A stretch of 54,090 bases of DNA from a virus (IMGVR_UViG_3300021962_000142:1-54090), one strand, 5' to 3'. Numbered from the stretch's first letter, positions 36,203 through 46,028 are shown. The notes: generated by a model not told the origin, from the letters alone. A program made the numbers and translations.

Positions 36203-37562
36203 TTCCGTTTACCTGGGGCACAAGACCGCAATCAGCCACGGCCTTGCGAACACCGTCGAACGAGTGGTAGTCATGCCCCGCCAGGATGAACTTGGCCTTG
36301 GGCTTCCACGCTTGGATGTCGGCTTTCACCGATTCGTAGTCATGCTCGGCGTCGATGTAGACGATGTCGAACTGCTGGTCCCGGAACTTCTGGGCGGCGT
36401 CCGGTGACTTGGCTTTGATGGCGCTGATGTTTCGGCCGGCGGTGTTTCTCTGGAACACCTCAAACGGCGTGCCGGCCGTGCCGTCATACGCCTTGCACCC
36501 GTCGTCGTTGGCGTTGCCGCCCCATGTATCGACACAGGTGACATGGGCCGCGCCGCTCTCGGACATGATGATGGCACTGCGCCCGGCCCAAGAGCCCACC
36601 TCCAATACGGTCGGCTTCCGGTTGTGCTTGGCACGGAAGGATTCAATGAGCCCAGACAACGCCTGGGCGTCGGTCTGCGGCAGGTCCATGCCCATGTCGT
36701 TGAATGACTTGGGCAGCCAGCCAGGAGTGGGCAGTTCAACAACCTTGTTGACCACTCCGGCCTCCACGGCGTTCCGCAGCTTGGTGCTGACCTGAGAAGC
36801 GCCGATGATTGCCGGCTTGCCGACGCACTTGGGCTTCCAGTGACCGGCCCAAGAATCCCAGTTGCAGAAGATCGGGTTGTAGCCCAGCTTCTGTGTTCCG
36901 ACGAGCGACAGGTCACGGGTCATCGTCACATCTTCGGTGGACGCCTTGTTCGCCGCGTACTTGTCGGTCCACTCGTAGTAGAACCACGGCTTGTCGGTTT
37001 CGTCCCGCGGCTCGGTGACGTTGAACGCGCGCATGTCATACATGATCAACCCGGTGGGCAGGGCAGCACACTCTTGGATGCCGGTCATACCGTATCCGGT
37101 ATGCCGGTCATACATCTCCAACTGGTAGTCCGGGTTGGCATGCTCCGACTGCATGTTCTGCCAGCGGAACACGTAGACGCACTCCTGCGGCGGCGGGCCG
37201 CAGTAGGGGGCACCAATCACCACCGGACCCTTGGCGTAATGGCTGAGCAAGAAGTCGAACGATGAGTGGAAGAAAGGCTTGGCCCCTGGCTGGCCTGCGT
37301 TGATGTCCGGCTTCATGTCGGAGTCGATCATCACCAGCACATCGACGCCGTACTCCCGCGCCATCAGTACGGCACGGTTGCGGGTCATGGTGATGGGCGT
37401 GTCGGCCAGGTTCCAGATGCGAATCTGGTCGATCCGGGAGTCCTTCGACAGATCAGCCACCAGTGGCACCATCCACTCACGGATGTCTGGCACCTCAGAG
37501 GAGATGCCGCCGTTGCCGCCGTAGCTAAAAGTGCAGAATCCGACCGAGAACTTCTGGTTCAT
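36180..37562 (-). CDS. Fused GT2-like glycosyltransferase + class I SAM methyltransferase (Methyltransf_24-like)
   Basis: TRNRAV...LVMIDSD...TEDV then VLEVGSWAGRSA...VDTW...YIDAEHDYESV..DI...AGHDY. Confidence 0.8.
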   Translation of the reverse strand: MNQKFSVGFCTFSYGGNGGISSEVPDIREWMVPLVADLSKDSRIDQIRIWNLADTPITMTRNRAVLMAREYGVDVLVMIDSDMKPDINAGQPGAKPFFHSSFDFLLSHYAKGPVVIGAPYCGPPPQECVYVFRWQNMQSEHANPDYQLEMYDRHTGYGMTGIQECAALPTGLIMYDMRAFNVTEPRDETDKPWFYYEWTDKYAANKASTEDVTMTRDLSLVGTQKLGYNPIFCNWDSWAGHWKPKCVGKPAIIGASQVSTKLRNAVEAGVVNKVVELPTPGWLPKSFNDMGMDLPQTDAQALSGLIESFRAKHNRKPTVLEVGSWAGRSAIIMSESGAAHVTCVDTWGGNANDDGCKAYDGTAGTPFEVFQRNTAGRNISAIKAKSPDAAQKFRDQQFDIVYIDAEHDYESVKADIQAWKPKAKFILAGHDYHSFDGVRKAVADCGLVPQVNGNVWHCQL

Positions 37563-37599
37563 TCCGGGGCTCCTGGGGGAGCCGGTAGTGTACCAATGT

Positions 37600-38880
37600 C
37601 TACTTCTTGCCGCTACGGTACGGCGTGCCCCGCGTCCTCGCTGGCGTCGGTTGCGCACGCCCAGACTGCCTGCTATCCATGTATTGCTTCATTGCAGCGG
37701 CCTGCTCAGGGTTGAGACTGATGGACGCCCCAGGCTTTGGCTTGGCCGGAGGAAGCCATCCGCCATTCGTTACGCCTGCCTTTGGCCGCACGTAGGTCCT
37801 GCCTGACTCCTGCTCCATGCGACGGATCTCAGCCTCACGGGCTTCCCGCGTCATAATCTGCTCGCCACTTGGCCCACGGGTGTGCCCTGGGCGCAGTGGG
37901 TAAGACCACGGATCGGAGGGGTTGGGCTGCGTTGCCGATGGAGGAGTCATCGACTCACCCGGGTAGCCCATCTGCGGCAATGGGCTATAGACGGTCGGCA
38001 ACGGCTGGCCCGGGCCAAGCTGATTACGGTCGTCAATGCCGTCGCCGTCACGGTCCAACACTTGGGATGTGAAAATTCCTCCGGGGTCCCTTATGCGCGC
38101 CCCGTAGCCCGGCGCTGCCGCAGGCGGCTGCTGGCCGGCGGAAGGCCCGGCTCCACGCACCCAACCGGAGCCCGGCGCCGGCACAACGCCGGCTGTACGG
38201 TGCGTAGTTTCACCAGTAGCCGGGTTGTAGTAGGGCACCATAACGGCCCAGTTACCCATGCCAGACCCGCGTGTGTCGATAAAGCCGTCATTGCTTGGCA
38301 TCTGTCCGGGGGGCATCGGCCCGCCCGGGTAGCCCATCGCCGGCTGCGGCTGCATCGGCCCGCCGGGGTATCGCATTTGCTCCCCATCGGTGTGGTAATA
38401 CATCCTCGGCTGCGGCTGATACATCGGCGGCGCAGACTGCTGGCCAAGGTTCTGTAGGAGCTGGTCACGGAAACCCTGGGGGGCTTGGATTCCGTACTGG
38501 TTGAACATCCCCATGATCGCATCGACGTTGCCCGTCTGGAACGGATTGCCTTGGTACTGACCGCTTTGGATGTTCTCGCCGGCCTGTTTCCATGCCTCCA
38601 TGACCGGGACACGCTGTGGCGACTGGCCGGACTGGAGCCCCTGGTTGTACTGGGACTGGTTCTTCAGGTGCTGCTGGACAAATGCGTCCTGCTGCTGTTG
38701 GTATGCCTGGAGGGTGGGGAAGTTGCCCATGGAGGTCTGGACGGTCTGCTGCGGGCCGAAAGGACTCTGCGGCGCCTGAGACTTCTTTTGCTGCGGATAT
38801 TGGGATCGTTGCTGCGGTGGCGACATGCCAGTCCAATGCTCGCCATTGGGGCCACGCAGATGCTCAAGGCCGATTGCCAT
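37600..38880 (-). CDS. P/Q/G-rich low-complexity protein with a DxDxDG Ca-binding-like motif
   Basis: YPGGPM repeats; DRDGDGIDD. Confidence 0.65.
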   Translation of the reverse strand: MAIGLEHLRGPNGEHWTGMSPPQQRSQYPQQKKSQAPQSPFGPQQTVQTSMGNFPTLQAYQQQQDAFVQQHLKNQSQYNQGLQSGQSPQRVPVMEAWKQAGENIQSGQYQGNPFQTGNVDAIMGMFNQYGIQAPQGFRDQLLQNLGQQSAPPMYQPQPRMYYHTDGEQMRYPGGPMQPQPAMGYPGGPMPPGQMPSNDGFIDTRGSGMGNWAVMVPYYNPATGETTHRTAGVVPAPGSGWVRGAGPSAGQQPPAAAPGYGARIRDPGGIFTSQVLDRDGDGIDDRNQLGPGQPLPTVYSPLPQMGYPGESMTPPSATQPNPSDPWSYPLRPGHTRGPSGEQIMTREAREAEIRRMEQESGRTYVRPKAGVTNGGWLPPAKPKPGASISLNPEQAAAMKQYMDSRQSGRAQPTPARTRGTPYRSGKK

Positions 38881-38911
38881 TTAGAGTTATCCTTTCAGAA
38901 ACGCCATAGGG

Positions 38912-40714
38912 TCAACCAAGCAGGCGTCGCACTTGTGCATTTGCATTGGCCCGCGCAAGAGTCTTATTGTTTTCGATCATTAAGCGATCAAACTCATCTC
39001 GGCCAATCCGTCCGGAGCTAATTGACGCCTGCAAGTCAGCGATATTGGCCTTCGCCCTATTGGCTTCGTTCAACAGCTCTCTAACGCCCGCAGCAGACAA
39101 ATCCTGCTGATCTCTTTGCGTTTGATTTCTGGCAGCTTCCTGCTGCGCGGCACGCATTTGCGCGTCCCTGCCAGGTCTGGCCAAGGCATCGGCCTCAATC
39201 TGCGCTAGGAGATTATTTTGGGAATCTAGCCACGCCTGCGTTTCCAGCCTCTGCTGTTCCGCCTCCCGCTGCACGCGAGCCTGCTCTGGCGTAAACAAGC
39301 CGGTTCCGCCGCCGACTGGGGCGCTTACTAACTCTTGGCCGTAGGGCGTGCCTTGGCTTTGCTGCTGGACGGGCTGGGCTTGGCCTGGCGTATTCCCCAT
39401 TGTCTGGCTGGCCGCAGGCGCAGCCACTTGAGTCTGCTGCATTTGGGTGGCCGGCGACTGCGGCGCGGCGGATGGGTACGGCGTGCCTTGCGTCTGAGGC
39501 TGGATGGGCTGGGCTTGGCCAGACGCGGCCTGACTTCGCAGTTGCAGCTTCCCCTTGGCCGGCTGGTAGATCGGCTGCATAGTTTTGCCGTCAGGGCCAA
39601 CCCCAAAGCCAGCAACCTCATACACCTGCTGCGGTGCATTCGGCTGGAGCGACGGCTGCATCCATCGCTGGTTTGGGCCAAGCACCACTCCATCAGTGGC
39701 TCGCAACTGACGCATGTAGTCGTCGTTTTGTCTCAGCCTTTGCTCTAGGTCTTGGCTTGCACGGACCACATCCATGGACATGCCAGATGCATCCCTGGCC
39801 GCCATGTCAGGCGGCAACCCGCGGGCAAGCATGTTGCGTGCAGTGTTGCCCTCCCAATCCCGCTTCTGCGATCCGGCCGGCGTGCTGCTCCACTGCTGCT
39901 CGGCAGCAGCCACGCGGTCGGCGTAGCCAGGATCAGCGCCGTAGGGCGTGCCTTGGCTTTGTGGTTGAATGGGCTGGGCAGTGCCGGGGCTCGCCCTACC
40001 TGGCCCGCCAGTCTGAATCACGGGGTTTTCTGCGTTGTATGTATCCAGCGCCGTCTGTGCCTGCCGCCTCTGATCGGCCCAGTACTGATTGGCTTGCATC
40101 CACTGCTGGTCTGGCTGGCCGTTGACCAAGAATGTCTCGCCTATACGAGGCTGGCCAGGCTGGGCCCGGTCGTTCCAATCACTGATTTGCCGATTGACGC
40201 GGTCAACGTCGCCTTGGAGCTGCTGCCGGCGAGCGCCAGTGGCATCAAAGCTCTGTCCGCGTCTCGCCAGTTCGGCCGTTGCTGCCTTGAGGTTCGCGTC
40301 AACGAATGCACCGCCCGTTCCTGAAGTGCCTGCGGCCGTCCAGCTGGACAGGCTTTTCTTCAGCTCATCATCGCTCATGCTTTGCAGCCAGTCCTGCTTG
40401 GGTGGTGCAGAGTACGGCGTTCCCGTGCTTTGGGGCTGAACGGGCTGGGCAGTGCCGGATGAGTAGCTGGGGCTGTACGCCGGCATTGCCGGAGCGCTAG
40501 GCTGCGCGGCGGCGGGCTGTTGGGTAGGCTGCGACTGGCTTTGTGCCTGCTGTTGGCCAGCGGCCTGCTGGGTGCCTTGGGTCTGGTAGACGTTGAATGT
40601 CGGCGCCTGCTTGGCCGCACGCACCTGCTGGCCGTAGGGGTCCATCTGGCCTTGGGAGCGGAGCTGGTTGCGGCGGTTACGTGAGCCGAAGCCAGCCTGA
40701 CCAAAGGCACTCAT
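38912..40714 (-). CDS. Q/A/P-rich 600-aa protein with four dispersed repeats
   Basis: GxAQP(V/I)Q(P/Q)Q(S/T)xGTPY x4. Confidence 0.7.
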   Translation of the reverse strand: MSAFGQAGFGSRNRRNQLRSQGQMDPYGQQVRAAKQAPTFNVYQTQGTQQAAGQQQAQSQSQPTQQPAAAQPSAPAMPAYSPSYSSGTAQPVQPQSTGTPYSAPPKQDWLQSMSDDELKKSLSSWTAAGTSGTGGAFVDANLKAATAELARRGQSFDATGARRQQLQGDVDRVNRQISDWNDRAQPGQPRIGETFLVNGQPDQQWMQANQYWADQRRQAQTALDTYNAENPVIQTGGPGRASPGTAQPIQPQSQGTPYGADPGYADRVAAAEQQWSSTPAGSQKRDWEGNTARNMLARGLPPDMAARDASGMSMDVVRASQDLEQRLRQNDDYMRQLRATDGVVLGPNQRWMQPSLQPNAPQQVYEVAGFGVGPDGKTMQPIYQPAKGKLQLRSQAASGQAQPIQPQTQGTPYPSAAPQSPATQMQQTQVAAPAASQTMGNTPGQAQPVQQQSQGTPYGQELVSAPVGGGTGLFTPEQARVQREAEQQRLETQAWLDSQNNLLAQIEADALARPGRDAQMRAAQQEAARNQTQRDQQDLSAAGVRELLNEANRAKANIADLQASISSGRIGRDEFDRLMIENNKTLARANANAQVRRLLG

Positions 40715-40866
40715 CGCTCACCCTGCTTGTTGGTCATACGGTCTGTGCCCACCCGGAAGCCTTGGAGCATCCGCACCTGTGCTTGGTCACGGCCGGGCCG
40801 ATCCTGGCGAACCTGCCGGATCAGTTGCCGGATGTAGCTCATGTTGCTTTGCGCAGGTCGGTCCAT
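40711..40866 (-). CDS. 51-aa basic protein
   Basis: Hand-translated MDRPAQSNMSYIRQLIRQVRQDRPG...; ATGA-coupled to the next gene. Confidence 0.5.
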   Translation of the reverse strand: MDRPAQSNMSYIRQLIRQVRQDRPGRDQAQVRMLQGFRVGTDRMTNKQGER

Positions 40867-40907
40867 AAAAGAAAACAGCCGGCCGGCTTTTTGGTCCGAC
40901 CGGCTGT
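40867..40907 (-). terminator. Rho-independent terminator after capsid/cement genes
   Basis: ACAGCCGGTCGG-loop-CCGGCCGGCTGT followed by TTTCTTTT. Confidence 0.75.
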
Positions 40908-40945
40908 CCCCCGTAAGCCCCGCAGAGGGGCGATTTGTCTAGCAA

Positions 40946-41536
40946 TCACATCCGGCAATTGACGATGGCCAGGACGTTGCCGCCAGTGGTGGCACCGGCT
41001 GAGCAAGCCACGCCGATGACGCCAAGGCCGTTGTTGCCCGCGCCAGTCGTCGCCGCACCCACTCCGGACGGCGTGACACGGCCGGCAGTGGTCGCACCAG
41101 CCGTCGCCGCGGTGATCGCAGCGAGCCGGTCGCCCACCGCCACCTCGGTCCCGGAGAGGGCATGCGCCACCTCGGTCGGACCAGCCACCGTAACCCAGAA
41201 CACATCCTTGTCGGCAACACCGCCAGCGGGCAGATGCTCGTCAACGATGCCCACGCGCTCCTCGTTGGTCACGGCCGCGTAGCCGTCCACCTCAGAGAAG
41301 ACGGCCGTTCCCGCCGTGCCGACCTTAAACCGGACCACGCGGGCCGGCAGCAGGGCACCGCCAGAGCTGTTACGCACGGCGATGCAGGTCTTCACGCGGT
41401 TCGACCGCACCTTGCCAGTCCGCGGATTGACATCCGGGAACTGCTTCACAACGCCCACCCAGCCAGTGCCCTCGGACGTTTCGTCCACGCCAAGGGTCTG
41501 GCCGAGATTGAAGGGAGGATCAACAAGCAGACTCAT
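40946..41536 (-). CDS. Capsid decoration/cement protein
   Basis: Directly after the MCP; A/G/V/T-rich beta protein; followed by a terminator. Confidence 0.6.
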   Translation of the reverse strand: MSLLVDPPFNLGQTLGVDETSEGTGWVGVVKQFPDVNPRTGKVRSNRVKTCIAVRNSSGGALLPARVVRFKVGTAGTAVFSEVDGYAAVTNEERVGIVDEHLPAGGVADKDVFWVTVAGPTEVAHALSGTEVAVGDRLAAITAATAGATTAGRVTPSGVGAATTGAGNNGLGVIGVACSAGATTGGNVLAIVNCRM

Positions 41537-41551
41537 GTGCTACTCCTGGTC

Positions 41552-42664
41552 TTAGGCAACGAGCTTAAAGAAGTTACGCGGGCTCTTGAACTTAAGGTTG
41601 CCCAACGTGGAAACAACGTAGCGGTACTGCTGCGTGATCTCGTCATAGAAGGGGCCTTCGCTCACCATGAGCTGACCTTCCATGCAGAGAAGCTCAATGT
41701 TCCCCACGGCGAGCCCGTAGCCCACATCGGCAGGGACCGAGTTCTCAGACGAGATTTCCACGCCGTCCAGCTCAAACACATCGGTGAAGCCGTAGGACCG
41801 CAGGCCGTTGGTGCGACTGACGATCACTCGCTCCTTGCTGTCCAGCGTGTTGAGGAAATCGATGAACAGGCGGCGGTTCAGAAGAACCATGTCCACCTGA
41901 TCTTCCTTGGTGTCGTTCCGGCGGGTCTGGTGAAGCGCCTCACGGACAGCCTTCACGCAGTTGTCCTTCCAGGTGCTGGCACCGAAGTAGGACGAGTCCG
42001 CGTTCACAATCACCGGGCTGAAGAAGTCAAACTCCGGATCGACCTTGCCGTTGGGCCAACTGTCGGTCGAATCCGCGCTGCCGCCATACGCGCCCAGCAC
42101 AGTCGAAAGACCGGCGTAGGAATCGTTGGGGTAGTAGAACGGATCGGCCGCGTTCGCCGCCCGGGCGACGGCGCCGGCAGACGTTTCGGTGATGGTCTGC
42201 GTGGCGTTCATAAACGATTCGATGCCGTGGAACCGCAGCTCGTTCCCGGTGGCATAGCCGTCCTGAATCCACTCCTGAGCCAGATACTGCTCCATGCTGG
42301 TGAGCAGACGGCTGGCCATCTTGCCGGCGACGTTCACAAGCGCCTGAGCGCTGCGATTTTCTAGCATTTCCTTCTTGTAAATGGCGTCCGTGACCTGCGC
42401 GCCCCGGTACTCAAGCTCTAATTTCTTCCAGAGGTTCTCTCTGGCGAAGGAACGCGGAGTCTCTCCGTTGTTACCAGTCGGCGTATGGTTGCGGTACTGG
42501 ATTTCCCAGTCGAACCCACGGCCGGACATGTTCGTCCGAATCTGGCCCGCACCTTCCAGCGCGGCGAAGAACTTGTACTTCCGCAACGAAGCGATCTCCT
42601 CCTCACGGAGGTGGTTAACGATCGTCGTTGCAATGGAACGAGCCCAGTCAGTCGAACTTGCCAT
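41552..42664 (-). CDS. Major capsid protein
   Basis: 370 aa between scaffold and cement; HK97-like segments (GIES, FDGV-like FELDGVEI, GNL...SPR). Confidence 0.75.
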   Translation of the reverse strand: MASSTDWARSIATTIVNHLREEEIASLRKYKFFAALEGAGQIRTNMSGRGFDWEIQYRNHTPTGNNGETPRSFARENLWKKLELEYRGAQVTDAIYKKEMLENRSAQALVNVAGKMASRLLTSMEQYLAQEWIQDGYATGNELRFHGIESFMNATQTITETSAGAVARAANAADPFYYPNDSYAGLSTVLGAYGGSADSTDSWPNGKVDPEFDFFSPVIVNADSSYFGASTWKDNCVKAVREALHQTRRNDTKEDQVDMVLLNRRLFIDFLNTLDSKERVIVSRTNGLRSYGFTDVFELDGVEISSENSVPADVGYGLAVGNIELLCMEGQLMVSEGPFYDEITQQYRYVVSTLGNLKFKSPRNFFKLVA

Positions 42665-43686
42665 TACAGCACTCCATCAGTTACGAGCTGGCCGCGTAGC
42701 CGCTCTTCAAAGCTCATCCGCTGGCGCGGTGCCCGCGGTTCCGTGGTTCCGGCACTACGATTGGGAGAACGCACTGCGCGCTCCCGCAGGAATTCCATGT
42801 TCTGCTTGGCTACCGGGTCAGGCTGGATAGCAGGCTGGGGCATCGGCTGCTCCTGCATGGGCGGCATCACCTGCGAGCCCTGCGCCTGCATCTGCTGGTA
42901 GCGGAGGTTCAGGAGGTCCCTCTGGAGCATCCCAGTGGCGTACTGCCAGCGGGCCTCGGGCGAGGAAATCCCGATCTCGGAAGCCTGCTGGATATACGCC
43001 TGGATGGCCTGGCCTTCCGGAGTGACCTGGCCGGACTGGTCATACAGCCAATCAGCGTTCTGCGATTCCAGAGACTGAACGTAATTCTGGGCCTTGTAGG
43101 TGCCAAGCTGCTGCTGCACAAGCTCTTGGGCCTTGGCCATCGCCACCTGTTCGATGAACGGCTTCAGCGTGTTCTCGGGGTCGGTGACGAACTTCCGTGC
43201 AAAGTCTGCGGTGTACGCCTGGTATTCCCGCAGGGCCTGCTGCGCCTCAAACGGCGCGTCGGGAGCGATCACCTCCTTCCCTGTCTGGGGATCACGGACG
43301 ATGTAGCTCTTCCAGGTGTCCTTCACCTGCGGAGGATTCCACCACTTGGGCGGCTCCTCCTTCTTCGGCGCCTGTGCAGCAGCCTGCTCCGACTTCCACT
43401 TTTCGTAGGCCGCACGGTTCTGGAGGTATTCCGTGGCGTGCGGGATGATGGTCTGGTACTGCTGAAGATTCTGCTGCGCCTGACGGTAGCCGTTGAAGGC
43501 GCCGTACAGATTGCGAGCGATCGTCAGGTCGTCCTGCCCCTGAAACTCAGGGAGGTGGCGGAACGCCTCATAGGGCGTCGCAAAGCCGCTCTCGCCTTGG
43601 GATGGCGAAACGTCAACCGGCGCGGCGCCAACCGGCGAGGAATCCTCGGGAGCTGCGGATTCGTTCTGAGCGATTTCTTCTGACAT
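42664..43686 (-). CDS. Capsid scaffolding protein
   Basis: Acidic N-terminus, helical Q/A-rich body, C-terminal MSFEERL; coupled to the MCP. Confidence 0.65.
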   Translation of the reverse strand: MSEEIAQNESAAPEDSSPVGAAPVDVSPSQGESGFATPYEAFRHLPEFQGQDDLTIARNLYGAFNGYRQAQQNLQQYQTIIPHATEYLQNRAAYEKWKSEQAAAQAPKKEEPPKWWNPPQVKDTWKSYIVRDPQTGKEVIAPDAPFEAQQALREYQAYTADFARKFVTDPENTLKPFIEQVAMAKAQELVQQQLGTYKAQNYVQSLESQNADWLYDQSGQVTPEGQAIQAYIQQASEIGISSPEARWQYATGMLQRDLLNLRYQQMQAQGSQVMPPMQEQPMPQPAIQPDPVAKQNMEFLRERAVRSPNRSAGTTEPRAPRQRMSFEERLRGQLVTDGVL

Positions 43687-43755
43687 GATGTCCTAGACCC
43701 TCGGGGGAGCGGGTTCTAGGAATCAAATGCACGCCTGCTAGCGATTTTGTTACAG

Positions 43756-44673
43756 TCAGCGCGGATTCAGCCGTTGGATCATGTCGTCCAACGATGCCAT
43801 GCCAGCCATACCAAGCCCCGGGGCATGCTCCACCATGAGCTTGCCGACAGCCGCTGGCATGTTGCCGCCGCGCGCCAGACGGCCGATGGCTCGCCCTTCC
43901 CAGAACGGATTGAGGGTGTCGTCCATCACGGCACCCCACACGCGGGCCGGCGTCTTAGGCACGCCGTATCGCTCCAGCAGCTTCTCGCCTTCCGGGATTG
44001 GAGACGCAGCAATCTCGGCCGCGCTTGCCAGATCACGCGGCGGCTCCAAGACCTGCCAGTCCTCCGGGAATGCCTGACGCGCCGCCCGTTGCTCGGACCA
44101 TGCGGAGTAGTCGTCCGACACATCCTGCGAGGTCTGAAGCGGAGCTGTGAAGGTGTTGAACTGCTTGGCAAAGTCCCGCCCGGGCTCGGGGTTGGCATAG
44201 GAGCCGGCTGGCGTTCGCCCGTGGGCCAAGTCCACCGCATCGGATGCGCGGTTGGCGAGCATCTCCGCGCCGGCGTAGGCCATTCCGGGCATGGACTGCA
44301 TCCAAGTCACGCCAGCGCGCAGCCCGCCGCCGGCACCCATGAGCCCGGTGTTTTCGTAGGCGCTCTGCAAGTTGGACCGAAAGCCATCAGCGTCGTCCCG
44401 GTAGTAGGCCATCTGGGACTGAAGCTCCTCCGGCAGCACCTGCCACTGCCGCACATCCGGCCCGTATGAATTCAGCATCTTGTCGAAGAAGGCGCTGCGC
44501 TGGGCATCGGCCTTCAGCCGCTCAGGCGTTTTCTTGCGGTGCGTCAGAATGCCCGGATGTTCGTAGAAGTCTTGCCACATCGACCGCTCAGGCGGCGTCG
44601 GCATGCGATCAACTTCGGCTGCCAGCCGGCGGATGAGTTCACCGGGGTCGGACTGGGCGAGTGGGTCGGGCAT
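43756..44673 (-). CDS. Hypothetical (possibly virion) protein
   Basis: 305-aa ORF; begins ...PGELIRRL. Confidence 0.65.
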   Translation of the reverse strand: MPDPLAQSDPGELIRRLAAEVDRMPTPPERSMWQDFYEHPGILTHRKKTPERLKADAQRSAFFDKMLNSYGPDVRQWQVLPEELQSQMAYYRDDADGFRSNLQSAYENTGLMGAGGGLRAGVTWMQSMPGMAYAGAEMLANRASDAVDLAHGRTPAGSYANPEPGRDFAKQFNTFTAPLQTSQDVSDDYSAWSEQRAARQAFPEDWQVLEPPRDLASAAEIAASPIPEGEKLLERYGVPKTPARVWGAVMDDTLNPFWEGRAIGRLARGGNMPAAVGKLMVEHAPGLGMAGMASLDDMIQRLNPR

Positions 44674-44676
44674 GAT

Positions 44677-44850
44677 TTATTGATCGTAGAAGACAGACCG
44701 TTCGATTTCCCGCTCCATGGCCTCCAACACGCTGTCGGTAGGGGCGGGTACTAGATGCGCCAAGCGTGGAACGAGTTGGCTGACAGCGTCTAGGCCAAGC
44801 TCGTCGATGAGCTGCCTAATGGACGCCACTGCACGGTCCACTTCGTTCAC
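44677..44850 (-). CDS. 57-aa protein
   Basis: Hand-translated MNEVDRAVASIRQLIDELGLDAV...; GTGA-coupled. Confidence 0.5.
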   Translation of the reverse strand: MNEVDRAVASIRQLIDELGLDAVSQLVPRLAHLVPAPTDSVLEAMEREIERSVFYDQ

Positions 44851-45695
44851 TCATCACCTCCCGTAGCCCCAGCACCCAGTGGCGCTAGCAAACCGTACTT
44901 GCGGAGAATTCTGATGGAGTCTTCGGTGCCCGGGTAAAAAACGTAGTTGTCCGCGTTGCCCCGATATGCGTGCCCGGGAATTCCGGCCTTAAAAAGCATT
45001 TCGGAAGCCCGTCTCTGGCCTTGCCTTGTTGGAGCGTCCAGAACACTCCCGCCCGCGAGCGTATTGTAAAACATGGCGCCGTCTGCGTCCGGCGACGAAA
45101 GTAAGCTGTCAACGAGATCGGAATCGACAGATCGCATGCGTTCCAAGACCTCTGGCTGCTGCGCGTAGACCGGAACGTCATACTCCATTAGCGAGTCTCG
45201 CGGAACGCCAATTTCCAGTTCGTATGTGCGGCCTCTGGGAAATTGCCGCTGCAACCGCGCAAGTTGTGGCTGGATTTCTTGCGCGAGCTTCCTGGCGCGT
45301 TGCAGGCGACGGTGCCAATCAAAGGCGCGTGCATCCTTGGCGTCGCTATAGAATTGCGAAGTGAGGTTGCCGATTGGCGTTAACTGTTCTGGCGCATAAA
45401 AGTTGTCTGCGGGGCTAGCCTTTAAGCCTTGGCGCATTTCTCGCAGTTGGTCTGCCAAGATTTTCCTACGGATAAACGTGGTGCTGCTGCGATACCAGTT
45501 CGCAACTCCTTCCTTGTCTGAGGCGTACAGGCCAAACCCCTCGTCCAGCGGGCCCTCGCCCTTGCCGACCATCGACATATCCACCCTGTCCCAGTCATAA
45601 GGGCTTCCGTGATACGCCCGTATGTACTTTGGCTCCGGCGCTGCGCCAGATAGCCTTGCCAGAAGGTCGCCGGCTTGCGAGAAGCGGTCAGCCAT
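44847..45695 (-). CDS. ADP-ribosyltransferase-like (polyvalent-protein-type) domain protein
   Basis: AYHGSP...GKGEG....GFGLY...A..Y...GIPG..Y...NYV.Y...IRILRKY pattern of phage polyvalent ART-like domains. Confidence 0.55.
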   Translation of the reverse strand: MADRFSQAGDLLARLSGAAPEPKYIRAYHGSPYDWDRVDMSMVGKGEGPLDEGFGLYASDKEGVANWYRSSTTFIRRKILADQLREMRQGLKASPADNFYAPEQLTPIGNLTSQFYSDAKDARAFDWHRRLQRARKLAQEIQPQLARLQRQFPRGRTYELEIGVPRDSLMEYDVPVYAQQPEVLERMRSVDSDLVDSLLSSPDADGAMFYNTLAGGSVLDAPTRQGQRRASEMLFKAGIPGHAYRGNADNYVFYPGTEDSIRILRKYGLLAPLGAGATGGDE

Positions 45696-45961
45696 CAGCA
45701 GTTCCACGCCCGCAGGGATTTGTTGATCCTGCTGTCTGGATCGTTGGCAGTCTCAGCGCTGGTGAGCTTCTCCTTCATGCCTTTCATTCTGGCGCAAAAG
45801 GAATCCCGGCGCGGGCCGCCTTCCGGCTGTGGAGGTTTCAGATTGGCGCCGTGCGCGCGGTTGTAGGCCGCCCGGCCGCGGGCATTCAGGCCGCCGTCCG
45901 GGTCTTGGCCTTCCTTGCGAGCCCAGATCAAACTGCGGACCTTGTCACCTTCCCTGTCCAC
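45695..45961 (-). CDS. DUF6321-like small basic phage protein
   Basis: W.RKEG....GGLNARGRA.Y...RRDSFCARM.G......DPDSRINKSLRAWNC. Confidence 0.8.
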   Translation of the reverse strand: MDREGDKVRSLIWARKEGQDPDGGLNARGRAAYNRAHGANLKPPQPEGGPRRDSFCARMKGMKEKLTSAETANDPDSRINKSLRAWNC

Positions 45962-46028
45962 GGACTTCTCGGATCAGTTGCCTAATCCGCTCCTCGGCTG
46001 CGCACTTGGGACAACACTTACTTTCCAC
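45945..46028 (-). CDS. 27-aa micro-ORF
   Basis: MESKCCPKCAAEERIRQLIREVRGQGR; bridges neighbouring genes. Confidence 0.4.
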   Translation of the reverse strand: MESKCCPKCAAEERIRQLIREVRGQGR

